NCBI GenBank assembly: GCA_043751835.1
Contig: JAYUZK010000169.1
Coordinates: 1 to 32,385 of the forward strand
Origin: Gemmatimonadota bacterium
GTDB taxonomy: Bacteria > Gemmatimonadota > Gemmatimonadetes > Gemmatimonadales > GWC2-71-9
Length of the DNA stretch: 32,385 nucleotides
Reading direction: 5' to 3'
A program made the position numbers and the translations under genes. This document shows, piece by piece, positions 10,297 to 18,826 of the stretch. Position 1 is the stretch's first letter; every line of letters starts with the position of its first letter. Below the pieces are notes generated by a model. That model worked only from the letters and a program-made list of their open reading frames with translations, was not told where the DNA came from and did no database searches.

Positions 10297-11657
10297 ACGC
10301 CGAGCAGGCGTCGGATATCGTTGGAGAAGGCGAGCACCATCAGCATCGCGATCACGACGAAGCCTGCCACCGTCAGCCATTCCCGGACCCGCCCGGTCAC
10401 CGGCCGCCGGGTAACCCCTTCGGCGAGCAAAAAGAGGAACTGCCCTCCGTCGAGAATCGGGATCGGGAGCAGATTGACGATGGCCAGGTTGACCGAGATG
10501 GCCGCCATGAAGATCAGGAAATCCTCGAGTCCGCGGCGAACACTTTCCCCGGCTGCCACACCGATCGAGATCGGGCCGCCGACTTCGCGGGCCGAGACGC
10601 GGCCCGAAAAAATGCCCCGCACCACCCCGACGATGGTACCGGCGACGAATCCGGTTCGGCGCCCGCCTTCTCCCAGGGACGGGATGAGTCCGACCCGTTC
10701 CCGGACGTCGGCCAGCAACGGGCCGGCAATGCCGAGGCGGCCGACCGTGCGGATTCCCGTCGAGTCCTTCACCTCCTCGGCCCGGGGTTCGGCCGAGATG
10801 GTCCTTCGGCCACCGGCGCGCCCGACCTCGATCGTCACGCGCTGGCCCGCTCTGGCCTCGATCATCGCGACCATCTCGCGCCATTCCCGGACCGGGCGGG
10901 CGTCGAACGTCACCACGGTATCGCCAACGATGAGCCCAGCCGCCGCGCCGGCCCGACCCGCCACCACGTCGGCGATGATGGGCGGCACCAGGGGGCGGAT
11001 GGCGGCGAGAGCCTGGCGGCGGATGTCGGCGTTGCCCCGAACGACTACGGACCGGCCGCCGGCCAGTCCCACGGTCACCGAGTCGCCGGGCCGGGTCCAG
11101 GCCCGGATCACGGACTGCCAGGTGGCGACGGGCTCCCCGTCGACAGTGTCGAAATGGTCGCCTAACGCGAGCCCGCTCAGCTCCGCCGCCCCCGGCGGCA
11201 GCCGTTTCGAGTCGACCGCCGCCACGGTGGTGGAAGCCAGCACCGGAAGACCCTTGAAGTAGACCAGGCCGGAGAACACCAGCCAGGCAAAGATCGTATT
11301 CATCACCACGCCGGCGAGGATTACCACCATCCGGACCCAGACCGGCTTGGCTTCGAACATCCGACCCGGCGGCACCTCCACCCCGGCCACCGATCCACCT
11401 TCGAGCGATCCGGCGGCCCCCTCCTCGGCGGCGCTCGCCATCTTCACGTAGCCGCCGAGGGGCAGCCAGGACACAGAGTACTCGGTCTCCCCGCGGCGGA
11501 ACGACAACCAGCGGATCGGGGCGCCAAGCCCTAACGAGAACCGGTGGACATAGATGCCAGCCCACTTCGCGGCGAGAAAATGACCGAGCTCGTGGACGAA
11601 CACGAGCACGCCGATCACCACCAGGGTCGAAACGACCGTCAGGCCGACTCCGCTCAT
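10293..11657 (-). CDS. rseP: RIP (site-2) zinc metalloprotease RseP
   Basis: HELGHF (HExxH) in the first TM region, a central PDZ-like region, and the NLLPIPILDGG motif. Start placed at ATG 11657 (MSGVGLTVVS...), which overlaps the dxr stop as ATGA. Confidence 0.92.
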   Translation of the reverse strand: MSGVGLTVVSTLVVIGVLVFVHELGHFLAAKWAGIYVHRFSLGLGAPIRWLSFRRGETEYSVSWLPLGGYVKMASAAEEGAAGSLEGGSVAGVEVPPGRMFEAKPVWVRMVVILAGVVMNTIFAWLVFSGLVYFKGLPVLASTTVAAVDSKRLPPGAAELSGLALGDHFDTVDGEPVATWQSVIRAWTRPGDSVTVGLAGGRSVVVRGNADIRRQALAAIRPLVPPIIADVVAGRAGAAAGLIVGDTVVTFDARPVREWREMVAMIEARAGQRVTIEVGRAGGRRTISAEPRAEEVKDSTGIRTVGRLGIAGPLLADVRERVGLIPSLGEGGRRTGFVAGTIVGVVRGIFSGRVSAREVGGPISIGVAAGESVRRGLEDFLIFMAAISVNLAIVNLLPIPILDGGQFLFLLAEGVTRRPVTGRVREWLTVAGFVVIAMLMVLAFSNDIRRLLGV

Positions 11658-12751
11658 CCGACGACTGCCTCCGCTTCCGCCCGGGACCACCGGTCGGCCG
11701 CCTTGATAACTTCGAGATTCTGCTGCGGGCCCGGCTCATGCCGTTCGAGCACGGCTTCGATCGTTTCCGCGATCCGGCCGAACGGTAACCGTCCCTCGAG
11801 GAACCGCGCCACCGCGACCTCGTTCGCGGCGTTGAACACCGTCGGGGCGGTGCCGCCGGCCACTCCCGCGGCCACGCCCGCCGAGAAAGCCCGGAATACG
11901 TCGGTCCGGACCGGCTCGAACGTGAGCGCGCTCGCCGCCACCGGGTCGAACCGCCGCACTCCCCCATCGGGCCACCGCTCGGGATAGCTCAGGGAGTAGA
12001 GAATCGGCAGTTCCATCGATGGGAAGCCCAACTGGGCCAGGACGCTGCCGTCAGGGAACTCGACGAACGCGTGGACGATGCTCTGGGGATGGACGACCAC
12101 TTCGATGGCGCGATACGGCACCCCGAAGAGGAAGTGCCCTTCGATCACCTCCATCGCCTTGTTGGCGAGGGTCGCACTGTCGACGGAGATCTTGTTGCCC
12201 ATGCGCCAGGTCGGGTGGTTGAGTGCCTCGGCGACCGTGGCGTTGGCCACCCGATCGGCACTCCATTGGCGGAACGGACCGCCGGACGCGGTCAGGATGA
12301 GGCGAGAGGCCCCGCCGCCATGACCGACGAGGCACTGCCAGACCGCGCTGTGTTCGGAGTCGATCGGGACGAGTTCACCTCCGCCGGCCAGCCGAGCCGC
12401 TTCGACGAGTTCGCCCGCCACCACGAGGGATTCCTTGTTCGCGAGGGCGACGCGCTTGCCGGCCGCGAGCGCGGCAAGGGTCGCCTCGAGCCCGGCGAAG
12501 CCGACGACGGCGTTGACGACCACATCCACGTCAGCGCGGGTGGCAGCCTCGACCAGGCGGGCTCCGCTGTCCGGATCGGAACCCAGCACCGTCACGGCCG
12601 GCCGCCACTCCAACGCCTGGGCCTCGAGCCGCGCCCGGTTGGTCCCGCCGGTCAGGGCCACAACCCGGAACCGATCGGGATGGCGCCGAATCACGTCGAG
12701 GGTGGAACAGCCGATCGACCCGGTCGACCCGAGGACCGCGATGCCCTTCAT
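11654..12751 (-). CDS. dxr: 1-deoxy-D-xylulose 5-phosphate reductoisomerase
   Basis: MKGIAVLGSTGSIGCSTLDVI (NADPH-binding site), LANKESLV, IDSEHSA and NAANEVAV motifs. Start moved to ATG 12751. The ORF-track N-terminal 54 aa overlap cdsA and are not Dxr-like. Confidence 0.95.
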   Translation of the reverse strand: MKGIAVLGSTGSIGCSTLDVIRRHPDRFRVVALTGGTNRARLEAQALEWRPAVTVLGSDPDSGARLVEAATRADVDVVVNAVVGFAGLEATLAALAAGKRVALANKESLVVAGELVEAARLAGGGELVPIDSEHSAVWQCLVGHGGGASRLILTASGGPFRQWSADRVANATVAEALNHPTWRMGNKISVDSATLANKAMEVIEGHFLFGVPYRAIEVVVHPQSIVHAFVEFPDGSVLAQLGFPSMELPILYSLSYPERWPDGGVRRFDPVAASALTFEPVRTDVFRAFSAGVAAGVAGGTAPTVFNAANEVAVARFLEGRLPFGRIAETIEAVLERHEPGPQQNLEVIKAADRWSRAEAEAVVG

Positions 12752-12758
12752 GCGGGGT

Positions 12759-13646
12759 TCAGATGAGGCCGAAGGCCCGATACAGCATGGCGGAAATAGG
12801 CACCACGAAGTAGAGGGCATCGAATCGGTCGAGAATTCCGCCGTGGCCCGGAATGAGGCCGCTCGAGTCCTTGACGCCGGCCTCGCGCTTGAAGAGGGAC
12901 TCGGCCAGATCACCGATCTGAGCGGCGACCGACAGCACGCCGCCGAAGATCACCGCCTGGACGTCGGTGACGGTGAACCCCGACGGAATCAGGGCGAGCC
13001 GATTGAACACCACCGCCGCCGCGACGCCGCCAACGAATCCGGCCACTGACCCGCTCCGGGTTTTTCCGGGACTCACGATGGGCGCCAGCTTGGGCCCCCC
13101 AACCGATTTTCCAACCCCCATGGCGACGCTGTCGCCAATCCAGGTTACCGCCAGCGGGAAGAATACGGCCCAGGTCGCGGGCCAGCTGCGCTCCGGGCCG
13201 GTCACGTACCGGATCCCGAGCAAAAAGCTTGGCAGCACGGCGCAGTAGAGCGGCACCATGAGAGTCACGCTCGCGACGCCGAGGGGGTGCTGGTCGGGGG
13301 CGCGGTTGAAGAGGGTGGCCGCGAGAATCCAGATCACCGTGCCGGCGAGCGCAAACCAGACGGACGGCATCAGGGCCGACCAGTCGAGTCCCCCAAGCCT
13401 GATGACCATCCCGCCGTAAGTCATCCACACCGCGAGCGGAATCGTGGCGCTCAGGACGAGTGCGTGACGCCACAGCGGTTCGATGCCCTGGCGCCGGGCG
13501 ATCGAAACCAGTTCGTGGGCCCCGAGGGCCGCGATCAAGGCCACCAGAAGGGCCAGTGGCAGGCCGCCGTAGTAGACGATGCCGAGCGCCGCCGGAATCG
13601 CCCAGAGAGCAAAGAGGACACGCTTCCAATTGTTCGACATGGGCAC
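12759..13646 (-). CDS. cdsA: Phosphatidate cytidylyltransferase (CDP-diglyceride synthase)
   Basis: Multi-pass membrane protein with the C-terminal signature GDLAESLFKREAGVKDSSGLIPGHGGILDRFDAL. The start is either GTG 13646 or ATG 13640 (MSNNWKR...). Confidence 0.9.
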   Translation of the reverse strand: MPMSNNWKRVLFALWAIPAALGIVYYGGLPLALLVALIAALGAHELVSIARRQGIEPLWRHALVLSATIPLAVWMTYGGMVIRLGGLDWSALMPSVWFALAGTVIWILAATLFNRAPDQHPLGVASVTLMVPLYCAVLPSFLLGIRYVTGPERSWPATWAVFFPLAVTWIGDSVAMGVGKSVGGPKLAPIVSPGKTRSGSVAGFVGGVAAAVVFNRLALIPSGFTVTDVQAVIFGGVLSVAAQIGDLAESLFKREAGVKDSSGLIPGHGGILDRFDALYFVVPISAMLYRAFGLI

Positions 13647-14399
13647 CTACTCTTTGACCACCCGTCCGAAGCGGCGGTCCCGCCGCTGATAGTCGAGCAA
13701 CGCCTGGAAAAAGTGTTCGCGGCTGAAGTCCGGCCACAACACCGGCGTCACATAGAACTCGGCGTACGCCAGTTGCCAGAGCAGGAAGTTGGAGAGACGG
13801 TATTCACCGGAGGTTCGGATCAGGAGATCCGGATCGCCCCAGGGCGCGGTGTAGAGCCGTTCGGCGAGGCCAGCCTCGTCGATGTCCTCGGGCCTGAGGC
13901 GGCCCGCCGCGACATCCTCCGCCAGGAGGCGAGCCGCCCGGGTGAGCTCGGCCCGAGCGCTGTACGAGATGCAGATGTTGAGCGCGAGGGTCCGGCCCCG
14001 TTCGGTGACCGATTCGACATATTCCACCGCGCCCCGGGCGTGGGGCGACAGCGGCGCGAGATCCCCGAGCACGCGAACCCGGACGCCCTGCGCCGTCAGC
14101 TCCGCCGACTGGGTGGCGACGTACTGCTGCAGCAGGACCATCAAGGCGTCGACCTCTTCCTGGGGACGCTGCCAGTTTTCCTGGCTGAAGGCGAAGATGG
14201 TGAGGGTGGAGACCCCGGCTTCGATGCCGGCTTCGATCAGGCGACGAACCGCCGCCATGCCGGCCTGGTGTCCGGCGGTGCGCGGGAGGTCACGCCGCTT
14301 GGCCCACCGACCGTTGCCGTCCATGATGACGGCCACGTGGGCGGGAACCTCGCCCTGCGACTTCAACCGGGTGAGCAGGTCGTCGGCGGAGGGGATCAA
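13647..14399 (-). CDS. uppS: Isoprenyl transferase / undecaprenyl-diphosphate synthase
   Basis: HVAVIMDGNGRWA, IRTSGEYRLSNFLLWQLAYAEF and DYQRRDRRFG motifs. The TTG start overlaps the frr stop (TTGA). Confidence 0.95.
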   Translation of the reverse strand: MIPSADDLLTRLKSQGEVPAHVAVIMDGNGRWAKRRDLPRTAGHQAGMAAVRRLIEAGIEAGVSTLTIFAFSQENWQRPQEEVDALMVLLQQYVATQSAELTAQGVRVRVLGDLAPLSPHARGAVEYVESVTERGRTLALNICISYSARAELTRAARLLAEDVAAGRLRPEDIDEAGLAERLYTAPWGDPDLLIRTSGEYRLSNFLLWQLAYAEFYVTPVLWPDFSREHFFQALLDYQRRDRRFGRVVKE

Positions 14400-14950
14400 A
14401 CCTCCATGATCTCCGCTTCTTTGCCATTGATCAGTTGATCGATCTGCTTGACGTGGTCGTCGGTGATCTTCTGGGCGTCTTTTTCGGCCCGGGTCTTCTC
14501 GTCCTCGGAGACGCGCTCGACCTTCTTGAGCTTGTGAAGGGCCTCGGTCCTGGCATGGCGAATCGCGACCCGGCCTTCCTCCCCCAACTTGTGGATCACC
14601 TTCACGAGGTCTCGACGGCGCTCCTCCGAGAGCGCGGGGATCGGGATCCGGATCAGGTTCCCCTGGGTGGCCGGGTTGAGACCAAGCTGGGATTCCCGAA
14701 TGGCCTTCTCGATCGGGATGAGCAGCGATTTGTCGAAGGGCTGCACCGTCAGCATTCGCGGTTCCGGCGCCGACACCATGCCGACCTGGTTGATCGGCAC
14801 GTAGGTACCGTAGGCGTCGACCTTCACCACGTCGAGCAAGTGGGGGCTGGCCTTGCTGGTGCGGATGCCAGAGAACTCCTTCTTGGTGTTCTCCACCGCC
14901 TTCTGCATGCCTTCCCGGGCATGCTTCATGATTTCAGGAATAGTGCTCAT
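14396..14950 (-). CDS. frr: Ribosome recycling factor
   Basis: 184 aa, full-length RRF-like (...[23 protein letters not shown]...[16 protein letters not shown]...). ATGA overlap with the pyrH stop. Confidence 0.97.
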   Translation of the reverse strand: MSTIPEIMKHAREGMQKAVENTKKEFSGIRTSKASPHLLDVVKVDAYGTYVPINQVGMVSAPEPRMLTVQPFDKSLLIPIEKAIRESQLGLNPATQGNLIRIPIPALSEERRRDLVKVIHKLGEEGRVAIRHARTEALHKLKKVERVSEDEKTRAEKDAQKITDDHVKQIDQLINGKEAEIMEV

Positions 14951-15657
14951 CGTACGATCGTCCCCACCCGTTCACCCGAGAGGACCCGGGCGATGGCACC
15001 GGGCTGGTTGATGTTGAACACCACGATCGGGAGCTTGTTGTCTTTGCACAGGCCGAAGGCGTTCGCGTCCATCACCGCGTAGCCGTTCACGATCGCGTCC
15101 TGGAAGGATAACTCGGGAATGAACTTGGCGGTGGGCTCCTTCTTCGGGTCCCCGGTATAGATCCCGTCCACTCCGGTCGCCTTGAGAATGACCTCGGCCT
15201 CGATTTCGAGGGCCCGCAGCACCGCCGCAGTGTCGGTGGAAAAGAACGGGTTGCCGGTGCCGCCGGCGAAGATCACCAGGCGACCCTTCTCCAGATGGCG
15301 GACCGCCCGACGCCGGATGTAGGGCTCGGCCAGGCTCTCCATCCGGATCGCCGTCATGACCCGGGTCTGGACCCCCATCTTTTCGAGAATGTCCTGGAGG
15401 GCCAGGGCGTTGATCACCGTGGCCAACATTCCCATGTAGTCCGCGTTGACCCGGTCCAGGCCTTCCCTGCTGGCGTGGGTGCCCCGAACGATATTGCCGC
15501 CGCCGACCACCAGACCCAGATGAACGCCCTGAGCGTGCACTCCCTTGATCTGCCCGGCCAAGCCCTCGACCACACCGAAGTCGAGCGCAAAGCCCCGGTC
15601 GCCGGCCAGGGCCTCGCCCGAGATCTTGAGCAAGGCCCGGCGGTAGGCCAGAGCCAT
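14947..15657 (-). CDS. pyrH: UMP kinase
   Basis: 236 aa. [23 protein letters not shown] and [16 protein letters not shown] motifs. The start shares 1 nt with the tsf stop. Confidence 0.97.
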   Translation of the reverse strand: MALAYRRALLKISGEALAGDRGFALDFGVVEGLAGQIKGVHAQGVHLGLVVGGGNIVRGTHASREGLDRVNADYMGMLATVINALALQDILEKMGVQTRVMTAIRMESLAEPYIRRRAVRHLEKGRLVIFAGGTGNPFFSTDTAAVLRALEIEAEVILKATGVDGIYTGDPKKEPTAKFIPELSFQDAIVNGYAVMDANAFGLCKDNKLPIVVFNINQPGAIARVLSGERVGTIVR

Positions 15658-16523
15658 CAGGCTTCCCCGACCTTGAAGCGGGCGAACCGCTTGACGACGA
15701 CGGCGCCACCGATCTGCTTTGCCTGCTTCGCGATCAGATCCCCAACAGTCATCTTGTCGTCCTTGACGAACGGCTGCCCGGTGAGGACCCGCTCGGCGAC
15801 GAATTTGCGGATCTTGCCGTCGACGATCTTGGCCCGGATGTTCTCGGGCTTCCCTTCGGCCGCCACCTGTTCCTCGGCGATCCGGCGCTCCCGCTCGATC
15901 AGTTCGGCCGGAATATCCGTGTCGGTGACGCCGATCGGATCGGCCGAGGCGATGTGGAGGGCGATATCCTTGGCGAGGGCGAGCAGGGCGTCGCCGGCCA
16001 GGCCCTCGATGTCCACGAGCACGCCGACCTGGCTGTTGTGATGCAAGTAGGAGGCGACCAGACCATTGGGCTGCTCGAACCGGGCAAAGCCGTTGATGGT
16101 CATCGCCTCGCCGGTCTTCCCGGACATCAATTTTACCGCTTCGGCCACGGTGCTCCCGCGGAAGGGCTGCGCGTCAATCGAGCCGGCCCTGACCCCGACC
16201 GGAGCGTGGGTGGCGACCTGTTTGGCCAGATCGCGGGCGAGGCCGATGAAGTCGTCGGTCTTGGCCACGAAATCGGTCTCGCAGTTGAGCTCGACCATCC
16301 CGGCCGACTTGCCGTCGGCGGCCAGGTCGATCATGACGAGGCCCTGCGACACGGTCCGGCCGGCCCGTTTCTCAGCCTTGGCGATGCCCTTCTTCCGGAG
16401 CACTTCGGACGCCTTGTCCATGTCGCCCTGGGCCTCGTCCAGGGCGGCACGGCAATCGCCGATACCGGCACTGGTACGGGCGCGGAGTTCGCTGATATCC
16501 TTGGGAGTCGGCTTGTAACTCAT
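15657..16523 (-). CDS. tsf: Translation elongation factor Ts
   Basis: The N-terminal UBA-like segment [22 protein letters not shown] is typical of EF-Ts. I prefer ATG 16523 ([14 protein letters not shown]) to the ORF-track GTG at 16532. Confidence 0.95.
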   Translation of the reverse strand: MSYKPTPKDISELRARTSAGIGDCRAALDEAQGDMDKASEVLRKKGIAKAEKRAGRTVSQGLVMIDLAADGKSAGMVELNCETDFVAKTDDFIGLARDLAKQVATHAPVGVRAGSIDAQPFRGSTVAEAVKLMSGKTGEAMTINGFARFEQPNGLVASYLHHNSQVGVLVDIEGLAGDALLALAKDIALHIASADPIGVTDTDIPAELIERERRIAEEQVAAEGKPENIRAKIVDGKIRKFVAERVLTGQPFVKDDKMTVGDLIAKQAKQIGGAVVVKRFARFKVGEA

Positions 16524-16559
16524 GACTGGCACACGTTTCGTTAGGTTCTGTTGGATCGG

Positions 16560-16631
16560 GGGCCGGCGAACCCTTCACCGGCCCTGATACGACGCCGCCG
16601 CGAACGACCCCAAGGGCCATTGCGCGGCGGC
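16560..16631 (-). promoter_or_regulatory. Two GC-rich hairpins in the rpsB-tsf intergenic region (possible attenuator)
   Basis: GGGCCGG (16560-16566) pairs with CCGGCCC (16578-16584), 7 bp with an 11-nt loop. GCCGCCGCG (16594-16602) pairs with CGCGGCGGC (16623-16631), 9 bp with a 20-nt loop. Read directly; no U-tracts. Confidence 0.35.
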
Positions 16632-16667
16632 GAGATTCATCGGTTGTCGAAGACCGCTGGTCGGCGC

Positions 16668-17582
16668 TTATGCCTCTGCCGCCGGCTCCGGATCGGTCTT
16701 CAACCGGGCCGCGATCGCTTCGGGCTTGGGCCGGCGCTTGCGAGCCGCCGCTCCGCCGCCAGCCGCCGGCCCCGCCGCACCAGCCGCCGCCGCGGGCCGT
16801 CCAGCGCCTCGGCGCCGCCGGTCCTCCGAATCGCCTTCGGTGCCATCGCCGGTGCTATAGGTTTCGGCATCGCCATCCGCGGCCCCATCCTTGTTCGGGG
16901 CGGCCGCCCGGGCCTCGATCATCACATCGGCGAGCGCCCGGGTGATCAGGGACACCGACCGAATGGCGTCGTCATTGCCCGGAATGGGCACGGTGATGAC
17001 GTCGGGATCGGCGTTGGTATCGACGATGGCCACGACCGGAACGCCGAGCTTGTTGGCCTCCAGGATCGCAATCCGTTCCTTCTTGGCGTCGACCACGAAC
17101 AGGGCACCGGGAAGGCGGCTCATCTGCTTCACGCCTTCGAGATACCGCGAGAGCTTCACCCGTTCACGCTCGAACAGGAGCTTTTCCTTCTTGGTGTAGT
17201 TCTCGAAGTCCCCGTCGCTCGCCCCCTGCTCGAGGTCCCGGAGGCGTCGAATCTGTTTCTTGATGGTCTGGAAATTGGTCAGGGTGCCGCCGAGCCACCG
17301 CTCGGTGACCCAGAGCGCACCACAGGCAATCGCATCGGCCTGAACCACGGCCTTGAGCTGCTTCTTGGTGCAGACGAAGAGGACATTCTCGCCCTTCAGC
17401 ACCACGGTGCGGATCAGTTCCTGCGCCTTGGCGATCTGGGCCTGGGTCTTCTGGAGGTCGATCAGATAGATGCCTGACCGCTCAGCGAAAATGAACCGGC
17501 GCATTTTCGGATTCCACCGACGAGTCTGGTGGCCGAAGTGGACGCCGGCTTCAAGGAGTTCCTGCAACTGGAGCAAAGCCAT
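16668..17582 (-). CDS. rpsB: 30S ribosomal protein S2 with a low-complexity C-terminal extension
   Basis: LLEAGVHFGHQTRRWNPKM N-terminus and a canonical S2 core of about 235 aa. This is followed by about 70 aa of Ala/Gly/Asp/Arg-rich tail. Confidence 0.97.
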   Translation of the reverse strand: MALLQLQELLEAGVHFGHQTRRWNPKMRRFIFAERSGIYLIDLQKTQAQIAKAQELIRTVVLKGENVLFVCTKKQLKAVVQADAIACGALWVTERWLGGTLTNFQTIKKQIRRLRDLEQGASDGDFENYTKKEKLLFERERVKLSRYLEGVKQMSRLPGALFVVDAKKERIAILEANKLGVPVVAIVDTNADPDVITVPIPGNDDAIRSVSLITRALADVMIEARAAAPNKDGAADGDAETYSTGDGTEGDSEDRRRRGAGRPAAAAGAAGPAAGGGAAARKRRPKPEAIAARLKTDPEPAAEA

Positions 17583-17690
17583 CGAACGGGTACTTCCCTT
17601 CCCAATCCTGGGTTAGATCCGCCACCGTCTTCGTTTCGGCCACGAACCCTCGCAAGGGCACCCCGCGACCAATCGGACGATGTGTGTGAT

Positions 17691-17720
17691 CCTTGGGCCT
17701 CCGGAGACCGGGGCCCGAGG
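17691..17720 (-). terminator. Strong hairpin 3 nt downstream of the rpsI stop (terminator/attenuator between rplM-rpsI and rpsB-tsf)
   Basis: CCTTGGGCC-T-CCGG / AGA loop / CCGG-GGCCCGAGG gives about 13 bp, with one bulge and one G-U pair. Read directly; no U-tract follows. Confidence 0.45.
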
Positions 17721-17722
17721 TG

Positions 17723-18127
17723 TTACCGCTTGCTGAACTGGAACCGCTTCCGGGCGCCTGAACGGCCGGGCTTCTTCCGCTCCACGGCCCGCGGGTCGCG
17801 GGTCAGGAGCCCGTTGGCCCGAAGCTTGGCCCGATGCATCCCATCGACCTGGAGGAGCGCCCGGGCGATCCCGAGACGGAGCGCGCCGGCCTGACCGGTA
17901 ACCCCACCGCCGTCGCAATGGGCCTTCACATCGAAGGCGCCGAGCGTATCGGTGTGCGAAAACGGCTGCTGAATGTGCTGAACCAGGGACGGGCGCGGGA
18001 AGTAGTCACCGAGGGTCCGGCCATTGACGGCCCATTTGCCGGTGCCCGGAGTGAGGTAGACACGGGCAACGCTGGTCTTCCGGCGACCAACACCGTGCCA
18101 ACGCAGTTCGGGAATTGGCGTGGTCAT
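17723..18127 (-). CDS. rpsI: 30S ribosomal protein S9
   Basis: 134 aa ending ...RDPRAVERKKPGRSGARKRFQFSKR, the S9 C-terminal signature. ATGA overlap with the rplM stop. Confidence 0.97.
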   Translation of the reverse strand: MTTPIPELRWHGVGRRKTSVARVYLTPGTGKWAVNGRTLGDYFPRPSLVQHIQQPFSHTDTLGAFDVKAHCDGGGVTGQAGALRLGIARALLQVDGMHRAKLRANGLLTRDPRAVERKKPGRSGARKRFQFSKR

Positions 18128-18567
18128 GCGTACACCTTCAGCGCATAGGGCTTGGGACTTTGGGCGGCATGGGGATGGGCGTCCCCCGCATAGACCTTGA
18201 GTTTGGTCCGGAGCCGCTGCTTCGAGAGCGAGTTCTTTGGCAACATCCCGAAGACCGCCTTCTCGATGACGCGATCCGGGTGCTTGGCCATCATGGACTT
18301 GAGCGGGGTGTACCGATCATGGCCCATGTAGCCGGTGTGCCGAAAGATCTCACGTTTGTCGAGCTTGGTCCCGGTGAACTTCACCTTGGAGGCATTGAGG
18401 ACCACCACGAAGTCCCCGCCGTCGATATGCGGCGTGAACGTGGGCTTGTGTTTCCCACGGATGAGCTGCGCGACCACGCTGGCGAGCCGTCCGAGCGGCA
18501 CCCCGGAGGCGTCGACAACGTGCCAATCGTGCTGGACGTCTTGCGTTCTGGCCGAAAAAGTCTTCAT
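18124..18567 (-). CDS. rplM: 50S ribosomal protein L13
   Basis: 147 aa. ...WHVVDASGVPLGRLASVVAQLIRGKHKPTFTPH... is typical of L13. Confidence 0.97.
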   Translation of the reverse strand: MKTFSARTQDVQHDWHVVDASGVPLGRLASVVAQLIRGKHKPTFTPHIDGGDFVVVLNASKVKFTGTKLDKREIFRHTGYMGHDRYTPLKSMMAKHPDRVIEKAVFGMLPKNSLSKQRLRTKLKVYAGDAHPHAAQSPKPYALKVYA

Positions 18568-18613
18568 ACCATGCCCGAAATGCGTAGGGACCGCCGGGTT
18601 GGCGGAGCCGTCG

Positions 18614-18643
18614 ATAATAGCGCCGGATACGGACTTAGGTCAA
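18614..18643 (-). promoter_or_regulatory. Candidate sigma70-type promoter of rplM-rpsI (TTGACC - 18 nt - TATTAT)
   Basis: On the minus strand the -35 TTGACC is at 18643..18638 and the -10 TATTAT at 18619..18614. This is the only AT-rich hexamer pair in the gap, about 45 nt upstream of the rplM ATG. The -35 lies inside the palindrome GGACTT-n5-AAGTCC (18631-18647). Confidence 0.45.
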
Positions 18644-18826
18644 GTCCGGCCCCCGCCGCCTGCTCCAGGCTCTTGCCAGCCCCCCGAGCTTGGAGTATGA
18701 GTAGCCGGGGGGAGGAATAGCCCCTCATGCTCGCTCAGCCTCCGCGGAGACCCAATCCAGATGATCCACCGGAACCGACCCCTCGCGGTCGCCGGCCTGC
18801 ACCAAACCAACCGACGTCAAAGGTGA

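Noticed and set aside
9838-11967. 709-aa minus-strand ORF spanning rseP and part of dxr in another frame
   Set aside because: Extremely Arg/Gly/Pro-rich with no recognisable motifs. It overlaps two well-supported genes on the same strand, which is the typical open alternative frame of GC-rich DNA.
17681-17688. (TG)4 microrepeat in the rpsI-rpsB spacer
   Set aside because: Too short to be meaningful.
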